A DNA stretch of 64,000 bases from Lama guanicoe (lineage: Eukaryota): positions 6,655,824-6,719,823 of the forward strand of contig MU054391.1 of the NCBI GenBank assembly GCA_013239625.1, read 5' to 3'. The position numbers and the translations under genes are program-made. Of this stretch, positions 1-11,700 are shown in pieces; position 1 is the first letter of the stretch, and every line of letters starts with the position of its first letter. Below the pieces are notes generated by a model. That model was not told where the DNA came from and ran no database searches. It worked only from the letters and a program-made list of their open reading frames with translations.

Positions 1-2250
1 ATGGCCCAGCCAAGAACTGATTCTTTCATCAGCACCCTTGATGCTTCAGGTGTGCTCACCTCTGATCCCACGCCCCTGTCTCCCTCCTCCAGACACCCGC
101 CGCCTGTCTTCTCTGCCGGCCTTCTCTGTTCTTTACTGTTTCACTACATGCATGTTTCTGTACTTTTTGAGATTTGCATGGTTTTGAGTTTTATAAAAAT
201 GATATCATGCTTTGTGTATTCTCCTGTGAATGACATATCTTGCCCCCAACTGGGTCAGATTTATGCATGTTGGTGCCTGCAGCAAACGGTGAGTTCATTT
301 TCACTGCATGTGACATTCAATATTGTATAAAAATGCCACAATTTATTTATTCACTCTTGTCGTGGACATCTGCATTTTCTCCAGTGATTTTTTTTTTTTC
401 AAATCCATGTCACGGTGAAAATTCTTATATGTTTCCTGGTGCTCATGTGGAAGGTTTTTGTCGGTTGGTTGGTTTTTTTGTTTTCTTCTCTGGGAATAGA
501 CAGAGTGGAATTGCTGGATCTTTGGGTTTATGCATCTTCAGCTTTATTAAAAAGAGTCACATTTTCCCCCAAGTGATCTTACCATTTTTAGCCTGTACCA
601 GCAGCAAAAAGAGTTGTTTCACATTTTTGCTAATACTTTATCTTATCAGACCTTATTTTTTTGTCAGTGGGGCAGGGTATTAGGTGATAGTCCACCCTAG
701 TTTGCATTTACATTCCTTTATTTACTAATGTGTTGGTTGAGCCTCTTTCCATATCTTAATTGGCTATCTGTGCTTCCTCCTGTGAAAAATACTTGTCTTT
801 TGTAGTTTTTTTTTTTTGTATTAGGTAGCTTGGTTTTGTCTTATTAGAATTATCTATATATGCCAGATCTTTTGTCAGTTATGTGTTAAAAATATCTTCT
901 GATGATTTGTGACTTATCTTTTTAATTTCTTTACAGTGTTTAGATGAACGACATTATTGTAATCCCACCACATATATCAATCTTTTCCACTGGGATTTAA
1001 GTAAATCTCTCTATACCCTGGACCGTAAAAGTGTTCTCCCATGTCTTCCTCTCCAAGTTTTGACTTTAATACTGCAGTCTTTAATCCATTCAAAACTGAT
1101 TTTTGTAAAGGAGATGAAGTAAATGTCTGATTTCATTGTTTGCTGTATGGATAAGCAATTACCCCAACTCCACTCCCTTCACTGATTTTCACTGACCTTC
1201 ACTGACAGCTCTGTTAATATCATGTCCTCACACACAGGCAAGACTTTGGGAAGCCTCTCCATTCTGTTCCGTGAGCCCTGCTTGTCCATCTCTGAGTCAA
1301 CACAGAACTGCCTTAGTAGCCCTTGCTGTGTGATATCCTTGGAGATCCAGAGGGCAAGCCCCCCACCCCACCTCCATCTGGTTTTCCTCCAAAGAGTTCT
1401 TGACTGTTCTTAGTCCATTATTCTTCCATATTGATTTTAGAATAATCTTGTTGAGTTTAATTTTAAAATCCTACTGGAGTTTTCAAATTAAAATCACATT
1501 AAATCCATGGCTTAGTTTTGGGAGAATTCACATGTTTATGACAGTGAGTCTTTCTATCCATGAACCTGACGTATCTCTGGGTTTTCCAAAATGTCACTCA
1601 GTAAATTTTATCATTTTCTCCACAAAAATCATGCATATCTTTGTTAGATCTATTTATTTGTTTGTTTGTTTTTTATAGCTATGGTAAATGGTATTCTGTT
1701 TTAAATGACATTTTATCACTGTTTGATACGTGGCCTAAGGAAATATAATTTTTTAATTTAAAAAATAGTCTAGTATCTTATTGAACATTCTTATTAGTTC
1801 TTATAGTCTGTCTAATCTCTTGGATTTTCCACAAAGCTGTCATATCATCTGCAAAACAATGACAGCTGGTTTCTTCTTTTCCGGTCCTTAAAACTTCCAC
1901 TTCCTGCTCTTACTCCTCTGGCTAGAACTTCTTGTACCACATGAAATTATACTGTGGAGGTGGATATCATTGTGCTTTTTTTTTTTCCTGGGTTTTACCA
2001 GGAATTACTTTGATGCTTTACCATTAAGTTAGATGGTAACTGTAATTTTTTTATTTTTTATTTTTAGATATCCTTTATTAGGTTAAAGAAGTTTTCTTCT
2101 AATTTTTATGTGCTGAGTTTTCTTTCCTTTTCAAAAAATGTGTTAAGTGGATGTTAAATTATATCGAATGCTTTTAATAAACCTATTGAGATCACCGTAT
2201 TTTTCTTCTTTACTTTGTTAATGTGCTGAATTACATTAATAGAATTTCTT
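1..2250 (-). mobile_element. Old L1M (L1ME-like) fragments
   Basis: T-rich sequence with recognisable antisense L1 ORF2/3'UTR remnants (e.g. gagtggaattgctggatc, ttcttccatattgattttagaataatcttg); boundaries approximate. Confidence 0.65.
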
Positions 2251-2519
2251 TAGGGGCAGAAGAAATGAAGGTTTTTAAAAGTTAAGATGTATCTTATAAT
2301 CAAAACCTTTAAACCTCAGGTTTCATTGGCTGATAGAATTGAATTTCAGCCTAGAAAACAGATATATCAAAGTACAATAGTCATGTAAAATTCGCAAAAC
2401 CTGGAGGAGCCTAATAGAACCACTTCCCTGATGAAGAAATAAAGGCTGTTGCTCAAAATGTGAGTCTGAGCGGGAATTCAGATGTTCCAGTGTCCTGTCA
2501 AATGTTGCTTGGGGGTATG

Positions 2520-3305
2520 TACTCAAGAAAACTGAAAACACAAAGCCACATGAAAACTTGTACAGGAATATTCGTAGCAGCTTTATTCATACTAGTCAAA
2601 AAGTGGAAACCAAATTTCATCCACTAATAAGTGGATAAGCAAAATGTATTATATGGGCAGACTTCGTTTTATTTCATTTCTATTTATTGCACTTCATAGA
2701 TTGGTTTTTTTTAATTGAAGATTTTTTTTCATTATTATCTTATATGTTACAGTGGTCTGTGTTCAGTGATCTTTGATGTTACTACTATGATTCACTGAAA
2801 GCTCAGATGATGGTTAACATTTTTAGCAATAAAATATTTTTTCATTAAGAGACGTATTTTTTAAGATATAATGCTAGTGCACAGACTACAGCATAGTGTA
2901 AACATAACTTTTATATGCACTGGGAAACCAGAAAATTTGTGTGACTAGTTTTATTATGATACTTGCTTTATTGTGGGGGTCTAGAACCCAACCTGCAAGA
3001 TCTCCAAGGTATGCCTGTGCTCATAAAATTGTATGTTATTTGGACGTTAAAGGGTATGAAGTATTGTCACATTACAACATGTGTGAACCTTAGAAACATC
3101 CTGCTGAGTGAAAGAAGCCGGACACAAAGGTGACATGTTATATATGAAATATATAGAATGGGCCAACATACAGAGGCACAGAAGGTTTAGAAGTGGTCAA
3201 TACCCCTTACAAAGTTGCTCATTTTTGTAAATATGCTAAAAACTACAGAATTGTACACTTCGATGGGTGTAGTTTATAGTATGTCAATTTTACCTCAGTA
3301 AGAAA
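2520..3305 (+). mobile_element. L1MB/L1MC-like 3' end interrupted by a Tigger1 derivative
   Basis: gtagcagctttattcata...aagtggataagcaaaatgt upstream; gaaccttagaaacatcctgctgagtgaaagaagcc resumes after 3017. Confidence 0.7.
2654..3017 (+). mobile_element. Internally deleted Tigger1-like DNA transposon
   Basis: Both Tigger1 ends are present (GGCAGACTTCGTTTTATT... and ...CTCCAAGGTATGCCTG). Confidence 0.8.
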
Positions 3306-5688
3306 AACCCCGAAATGTCTGTTGCTAGATTTCAACCCTCATGTTGCTGAGGCTGGACTATCCCAGCGTATAGTCTGTTGGTGGGTCCTAATATAATCCA
3401 CACCTTTTTCTGGAGTTTTCTCCTGGAGGAAAATGGGGAGAATGGCCTTGGCCTGGCTTCCCCAGAAGTTCAGTCACCTCTTTTCTGTTCTTTTTCATGG
3501 CCTCTGGTTCTTATTTTATGGAAATAGTATCTTATTAAATCGCACTGAGATGCCAATTTTTTTTCCTTGAAGCTATTCTTTTTCATCTCTGTTTCCTCTA
3601 GGATTTGCTCCTGTTGGTGCCCTTCTCTTATGCTGTTTGTTTTTCTAAATGTGCGGTGATATTTAGTTGTTTACTTATATTTATAAACAAAAGACTTGGT
3701 TGAATAATACAAATCACCATCATGAACTGCTTCCTCTTCCACGCAGCTTTTTCCTGGGCACCTGGGCACTAGGTACACCAGCTCTGGGTCATATGTATGG
3801 CAGGCTTTCTTTTAAGGTTCACAGGTGAGAAACGGGCAGATGTGGTAGTGCCCACCCTCCTACCAAGGTTAGGATGCTTTTTCTCTGCTGTGCAGAACTC
3901 ATGCTACAAGCTCCAGCCCTTCCCTGGCTGATCGTTCAGCTTCTTACTAAGTGTTTCTTTTCTTTTCTTTAACCTGGGGACAACACCATAGCTGGCACAG
4001 TCTGTGTGTGCTCCCATCGGACCCCACCCCTGCCCAGGTTTGGAAGGAAAGAAAGCAGCTCTTTCCACTGTTTCCCTTTCCTGGACTATTTCGACAGCCG
4101 CCCTCTCCAAGCCGCTTGACCACCGGCCTGATCTTGTCTGCTCCCCATTTTCTTGAAACCCATAAAAATCTCTTGCCTTCTAGTAGTCATCCCCCATCTC
4201 ACTCTTTGTTTTATTATTAACTTTACACTTTTTTAATATCATTCCAGCAGGGATTTTGAAGGCAAGAGAGGAAAATATATATATATGCTAAGTTCACCAT
4301 TTAGAACCGGAGCCCAACATATTGTGATTGTCTAGTAAGTCATCCAAGGAGCCCATGAGAGATAGAATTATGAGTCTCCCTGGTTTCATGTTCCATCCCT
4401 CTTTCCTGCCTTCTCTCCCCTGTTCAGCACATGCCCCACGGGGCTATCAGCCTGTGGAGGCAGGCGCCATGTTCTTTCTTCCCAGGACCAAGCACAGGGT
4501 ATGGCACCCAACAGCTGTTTTGCAAAATACACGGATGGCTTTCTGAAAATGAATATGTGTTGAATGGCTGAACAAATAGATTCATATTAACCTTAGAGTC
4601 AGATTTTAAGAATGTACCTGTGAATATATTGGATTAAGTCCTCTTTTTTTTCCTCCCTCATCTGAAAATCAAGTAGGGAATATTTTTAATTACAGAAAAT
4701 TGGGTTTTTTCTTATCTCAGTCCCACAGTGCAGTCTGCACAAGCTCCAACCAGCCCTGCTGAGAAATAATTGGCAGATCTTTCCAGAAGCTATGCTATAG
4801 TCCAAGCATGAACAATGCCAGGGAGATCCCACCCCCTTCCAATATTGGAAGCTGTTTTTCAGGCCAAGAAAAAGTCTTTCAAATATCAAATGTGCGCCTA
4901 CCAGACTTATAAAATAAAGGGAATGGCTTAGGGATATAATGAGAAACTTTAAAAATTACACTAGAATGTTATTAGGGCTTAAACCAACCAAATTTATGCA
5001 TAATGAACTCTACACATCTCTCATTATCGTGTGATGAGCAAATCAAATTAAATTATCCAAATTTACCAAGTCGTGCAACAAAACCCAGCCGTCCTCCCAC
5101 CACGGAAGCATATAGGCACCTCTGTCAGTTTTATATAATGATGCGCTGGCAAGAGTTTAGGCTCTTTATCCCTTTGTCAGAGAGAGGGGAGCTCCTCAGA
5201 GAGGAAATCGGAGCTTCCCTGGAGATCTAGAACCTCGGCTGTCTGCAGGGCTCCCCCTTCAGGACTTAGATCCACCGCCTCCTGCGACATCACCTGCCTC
5301 AGCCCACACCCGACAGAACACACGGGCAAGGGCAGACAGCACAGCGTTCCCACCTGAGCTGATCTACTGTCAGGTCCCAAGAGCCTGGATCTGTGGAGAG
5401 GATCCCAGTTTCCAGTTCTCTGGCCCACGATCCTACAAGGACACTCACTGAAGTTTCATTGTTTGGGGTCTGAGTTTGGTCATCTCTCCTTCCAGCCTTT
5501 CTATACTCAGCCTTGTTCTCAGCCCTGATCTGGGATCCAGCCATCCTGTATCCTAGCTCCAAAACCATCCAGCTCCAAAATCTGATGTGTTCCAGGAAGT
5601 TCCACCTGCCTGCTGCCCACATCACAGGATGGCGTGACTTCGGGCATGTTTGCAACCTCCCTAGATGTGCTGAAAGAACTCAGCTTGC

Positions 5689-5895
5689 TACCAGAAAATG
5701 CTAGAGCTCATCAGTGAATTCAGTAAAGTTGCAGAATACAAAATTAATATAGATAAATCAGTTGCATTTCTATATATTAACAAAAAAAAAGCAGAAAAAG
5801 AAATTAAGGAAACAATCCCATTTACCATCGCATCAAAAAGAATAAACCTACCTAAGGAGGCAAAGGACCTGTACTCTGAAAATTATAAGATGCTG
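5689..5895 (+). mobile_element. Internal L1 ORF2 fragment (relatively young)
   Basis: Open frame LELISEFSKVAEYKINIDKSVAFLYIN...IPFTIASKRI is L1 ORF2 from the RT C-terminal region. Confidence 0.9.
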
Positions 5896-6277
5896 TCCCC
5901 ACCTACATTTGTGTGTTGAAGCCCTAACTCCCAAGTGATTGGATTTGGAGACTGGGCTTTTAGTAGGTAATTAAGGTGAAATGAGGTCTTAAGGGTAGGG
6001 TCCTAATCCACTAGGATTGGTGGCTTTATAAGTGGGAGGGAGACAGATTTCTCCCTCTTTCTCTCTCTGTCTCTGTGCATGCACCAAAGAAAGGTCCTGG
6101 AAGATACTGGGCGAAGGTCACCATCTGCAAGCCAGGTAGAGCGTGCTCACCAAAAATGGAACCCACAGCACCTTGATCTTGGACTTCCAGCCTCCAGAAC
6201 CTTGAGGAATAGATGTCTGTTGTGTAAGTCACCCAGTCTGAGGTATTTTGTTATGGCTGCTCCTGCTGACTAAGACA
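5896..6277 (+). mobile_element. MLT1A/B-like MaLR LTR
   Basis: gttgaagccctaactccc...ttggacttccagcctccagaac...gctgactaagaca. Confidence 0.85.
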
Positions 6278-7704
6278 ATACACTGCTGGTATTTGCATAT
6301 ATTAATTCTTTAAATACACACAACATCCTAAGGTAGATACATGATTTGCATTTTGTAGATGAGGAAACACATCCAGGGAGTTTAAGTGACTTTCCCAAAG
6401 TCATTCAGCTAGTGAATGGCAGAGAAATGATTTGAATCCAGCCACATCTTACTCCAAAACTTATGCTCTTTCTGCTAAATCGGCTGCCTGTGGTGCCTGT
6501 AAATGAACGTTTGCGGGGCTGGGGAATCACTAACTTCCCCTTTGGAAAACCATGCTCCCTTTTACAGCCTCTGCCCATGAGATGCATAGTCCTGAGCATC
6601 TTCCTGTATCAGGTGCGGGGGCTGCAGGGCTGTGGGGGGCACACTGGGTGAGGCGCAGCCCCTGCCCTCCACGCCCTACTCCTGTGCACGCCTGAGTCAG
6701 GCTGGAAGGGCTGTCCCAACTCAATCAACAAGTCTTACGAGTTAACCAGGAAAACCATCAAACAGGATTGAGTTAAATTAGCATAAAAGCAAATTAGCAA
6801 TTACCAAGCTGTCAAGTCACAGCAGAGGCCCAGGAATTTCAACAACTATCAAGACATCATTTAAAAATATTTAATTCCACTTGTATCATTCCAGCTGGGG
6901 GATCAGATTCCTTCTGCTTGGTGAGAGGTGTTCTTTGGCGGAAAGCCTTTGAAGTGCCAAAAGGTATTTTTTTCCCACCTAATGGGCAGACTCGTGGGGG
7001 CTGTCTAGAGACACTGCAGTAGAATCTTGGGTAAATGGATTTTGTAATGTTTGCTTAGTGACCTGGAGAAGCAGGATTGGTTCTTAACATGTGAATTTGA
7101 GGTTTCTCAGTATGTGTTTGAGATTTAGATGAAATAACAAAGCATTTTTATCGGGTTATCTGAAAACAAGATGAATTTGATTAAATAAGATTAAAAATCC
7201 ATCATACCTAAACTTCAGATTATTACTGACTTTTACTGTCTGTAACACTTAAGGCCATAACATCTCGGAATCTTCCCTTTTCACACTGAAATATCTGAGA
7301 AAGGACACCAAGGACAGGCAGTACCAGGCCCTGGAGCCCTGAGGGTGTGCATGTGTATGTCCCTGTCCTTGTCCCCCTAGTGCCCTGATCTCATTTGGCG
7401 TCAAGGAGACTCTGCTTGTGGTGGTGAAAAACCCACAGGCAACAGCTAGAAAGCCTGAGTTCAAACCACCACCCCACCACTCCCTAGCCAGATGTCAGGG
7501 AGCAAATACCTCCAATTTCCTCATCTGTAGATGGGAGGAGATTAACACCGACTTTGTAGGGTTGTTACAAGCACCCAGCACACATCAAGGTGCTTTGCAA
7601 AGTGCAAACTGCTTAAGAGATGTGCATTGCTAATGTGAATGAACTAGTTCATCCTGAGGTGCACACTGCTGATAGCAGCTGATATTCTGCTCTTCGAGGA
7701 CAAT

Positions 7705-8271
7705 TGAGGAGGGAAGCCCCATAAAAAAAACACCCGCAGACCCCCAGGCAGGGCCACTACTCTCCTGCTAGCACCCTCTGGTTCCCTGGCCCAGCGGCTT
7801 TATCTCACTTTTTGCCTCTGAAAGGCTTACTTCTAAGAAAGTGGAACTTACCCCTAAAATTCTATTGGTTCCCTGAGCTAACTCCTGATTGGTCCATTTG
7901 CAGTGCTTTATTTGCATGGAGCTCACTCCTGATTGGTCCATTCCTCTACTCCTGACTGGTCCATTTCTCTTCCTCCTGATTGATCCATGTCTACAAAGCT
8001 TATTCCTAATTAGTCAACTTTTGTTATACCTTATTTGCATACGATGTTGCAAAGTGTAAACTGGCAGCCTGTAAAAGCCTCTGTAAACCTACAGGCAGGG
8101 TCTAGAGCTTGGAGTGTTAACTCGTCTGGGCCCGGTGGTGTAATAAACCTGAGTTCTCTAACTCTCCGAGTGGTCTCCAGCCTGGATCCAGGTTGCTGTC
8201 ACAACTGTGCTGTAACACCAAGCTGTAACACTGAACTATAACACTGAGCTGTCACATGCTTTTCTGCAACA
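7705..8271 (+). mobile_element. Solo ERV1-class LTR (copy A)
   Basis: TG...CA termini, 4-bp TSD CAAT (7701-7704 and 8272-8275), tandem CTGATTGG units, octamer, AATAAA at 8142, CTGTAACA-like repeats; homologous to 48775-49301. Confidence 0.9.
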
Positions 8272-8309
8272 CAATCACTGTGGGAGACGGGGCAGGCACA
8301 CCTCAGGGA

Positions 8310-8738
8310 CAGGCACACCTCAGAGATGTTATGGGTTCGGTTCCAGACCACTGCAATACAACGAATACCACAATAAGGAGAGTCACGTAATTTTTTTGAC
8401 ATATAAAAGCTATGTTCACACTATACTGTAGTCTACTCAGTGCTGATTAACTTTGTCTAAAATAACAATGTATAAACAGTAATTTAAAAACTAGCACTAA
8501 AAAATGCTAACCATCATCTGAGCCTTCAGCAAATCGTAATCTTTTTGCTGGCAGAGGGTTTGCAATATGGCAAAAATTACCAAAACATGACACAGAGACA
8601 GGAAGTGAGCAAATGCTGTTGGAAAAATGGCACCATAGACTTGCTCGGCTCACGGGTTGCCACAAACCTTCCATTTGTAAGAAACGCAGTATCTTTGAAG
8701 CGCAGTAAAGTAAAGTGCAACAAAACAAGGTCTGCCTG
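8310..8738 (-). mobile_element. Internally deleted Tigger1-like DNA transposon
   Basis: CAGGCACACCTCAGAGATGTTATGGGTTCGGTTCCAGACCAC at one end and ...AAAACAAGGTCTGCCTG|TA at the other. Confidence 0.85.
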
Positions 8739-11700
8739 TACAGTGTGGGGGTTAAGAGCAGAGACTTGGAGGAACGCAGTTCTGATCTGGATTCTGTACC
8801 TGCAACAGTCTTTGTGCAAACGAGTTAGTTTTTTCCAGCTTTGGTATCCTCATCTGTGAATGGGAAGAAGAGAACCTCACAGGGTTGTTGTAAGAATGAA
8901 ATTAAGGGAAACGATTAACCGAAATACATTTAAAAAGATAATTTATATAAAGTGCATAAACATATGTCATTCACTCCAACTTCTATTATTAATATTTAAA
9001 ATGGACTCTTGCAAACCAAAAGCGGACCTTTCCAGGGTGGAAGAGGAAGAGGAGGTATCCGGGGAGAAGTCCGGTGGTGATTCAGATTAACTGCGGGGCT
9101 CAGTCCTAGAGGGCTTACCAAGGCATCATGAATATAGCAGAAAATCAGTTTGCCAAATGAATGGATAAATATGAATTATATACCAAAAAAAAAACCATCC
9201 AGACAGGATGCAAACTCTGAGAAGGAGAAGATAATGTTAAAATTGACTCGGTGGAAACACTTTCACAACCAAAAGCATGTTTAAGAGGCTCTAAGTCTTG
9301 CCGGATAAGTCGCAAACACCTTTGTCCCCATAGGAACACTGTCTCCTGCTCTGAACTGTGTACAAATTTCGATGCTGTTGTTTTCCTGCAAGGGTGGGGT
9401 CCAGCCACCTAAAGCGTGCTCTCAACACCTTCACTTCGAGCGCCAGTCTTCTGCAATCTGGACTGTGCCACCTTTCTAGGTTTATCCATTCCCATCCCTC
9501 CTGCCACCCTCACCGTCTCATCTCACTCCCATTTCAGATGAAAAGCATTCAGAGGAGGCAGTAGAAAGAGGTCTGAGGTTTAGATGCTGGCCCAACTGTA
9601 CCACTTAGTATGTGTGAGACTCTAGACAAGTCATGTATTGTCCTTCCACCTTCACTGCCTCATCTGCAAAATAGGTCTCCATCCTTCATAATTGGAAAGG
9701 AAGAAAGAGCCACACAAAGAAATGTGCAGCCACGTGGTCTAGGCTAAACGAGGGAAAAAGAAATGGTGTCTCCAGTGTAAGCATTTGGCCAGGAAATCTG
9801 TTGATGATTACAATTTATTCAAAATACATCCTCCCTTCCCCCACAAATCTAAAACAAGTCATCAATAACCACCTTACCCAGGAAGCTCCAATGGCTTTCA
9901 TTCAGTCAAATAAAACGTATGTCTTATTCACTCCTTTTCGAACTGGGAAGATTCCTGTGAACAATTACAGGAAGAAACCTTGTGACAGAGACATTTCTCC
10001 TGTGACTAATCCTGTGGAATACCTGTCTACCTCCTCCTCAGGTTCCAGAACAGTCTACCCAGGGATAACAAAGCCAACAGGCATGTGTCTCCTCATGCAG
10101 AGAATACACAGGCTCGTCCCCAAAGCTGGGACACCCACCATCCCTCCAACAAACAAAGGGCCGACATTTGTGCAGGCACTTTTTTTTTTAAGGTCAAAAT
10201 GCCGATGAAAGAGCAAAGAAATTTGCATCTAAAACATACACATCCCTGATATTTCAGGTCAGGATCTCTGCCTGGGACCATGACAGAATCTTCAAGTCCT
10301 TAGACACACATCTGTAGACAGGGCGAACACCCTTTACCCTCAGAAGTCCCAGGGCAAAGAGGTCCTGCATGAGACAAGCCCATTCATGTCCTGGTGATTG
10401 ACCGGATTACAGCAAACTCTCTTCAACAACTTATTCATTCATTTAAAAAGGTTCTAAAATCTAAAGGGACCCCAGAGATTATTTGAATACCTCTCTTTCT
10501 AAAAAGAGAAGGCTGAGGCCCAGAGAAGGCAAAACACCCTTCACAAGCTCACTAACAGAGCTAGTGAAAAGCAGAAACTGGTATTTAGCCTTTGGACTCG
10601 CAGTCCAGTGGTGTTTCTGTATCACCACGTGAGCTCCTGGTATGAAGAATATGTGTCTGTACATAAACATTGTATCAGGTAAGATTATAAGATATCTGAA
10701 CTGTCCTCTCTCGCTTTTTTTGTGTGTTTTTACTTACAAGTTTCCCCTTATCCTCTCTAAGGCAAAGACCTTCACCAGTCTCCAAAGAACCCTCCAGAAC
10801 TTTCAAGCTAATCTTATGAATTTACTACCCTCACATAAAGATCCCAGAAGAAGAGAGATGTGGGGAGATTAGAAAAGGAAATTTCCTTCTCTGTTGGTGA
10901 AGAGGCTGTCAATTGCAGAAAGCAAAATGTATTATCTTACCCAATAAAGCTTTCCAAGGCAAAATGGGTCCAGGATTGGTTAACTCAGTGACAAATAACA
11001 TCTTCAAAGACCCTAGTTCTTTGTGCTTTCCCCTTTGTCACACTCAGCAGACTGACCTGTCTTTAGGCTAGCTCTCCTCATGGTTGCAAGATGGCTGCAG
11101 CTGTCTAGCTATCACTTCCAAACCTAACAAGGGCTAAAAGAAGAGTTGTTTCTCATACCTACACCTAAACCAGTCACAGAAAAGGAGAATGACTCTCCCT
11201 GAATCCCACAGGGCAGAGTGGACACCTGGACAAAATCAGCCAAGATGTAGGAGAGCTGCATTTTGAAAGCTGCCTGCTTTCCCCTACTGGGTTCCAAGTA
11301 CCTCTTTGTGCCTTCTGTTCCATTTCATTTTTAGTCACTCTAAGCAAGGAGTTTGAATGCCAACAGCACAGTCATTACAGAGGAATTCTGCAGCATCAAG
11401 ATAATAGGTGTGCCCTGTGGAGTCTATTGTAATGGATTTAAATTCCATTTCATTTTGTGTGGTAGAAAAATCATATTCACAATTCACATTCTCCTCTCCT
11501 CCAGGGGCCTCCACTGTTCAGATTGATACCACCAATAAGCACTCTTAAAAGCCTGTCGGATAATATAAATGAAAATGAGAACAAGAAAGATTTCTGTGCT
11601 ATTTGCTCTTAATATCCTGGGGCAGGACTTGGATTTATTTATTTGGAACAATATCGTGGCTTATGAAGCCTGTGAAAGCTCCCAGTGCTATAAAAGCAGC

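Noticed and set aside
8200..8256. Short periodic CTGTAACA repeats (also ~49250-49287) as a CRISPR-like array
   Set aside because: They are ~13-bp tandem units inside the LTR with no unique spacers, in a eukaryotic context
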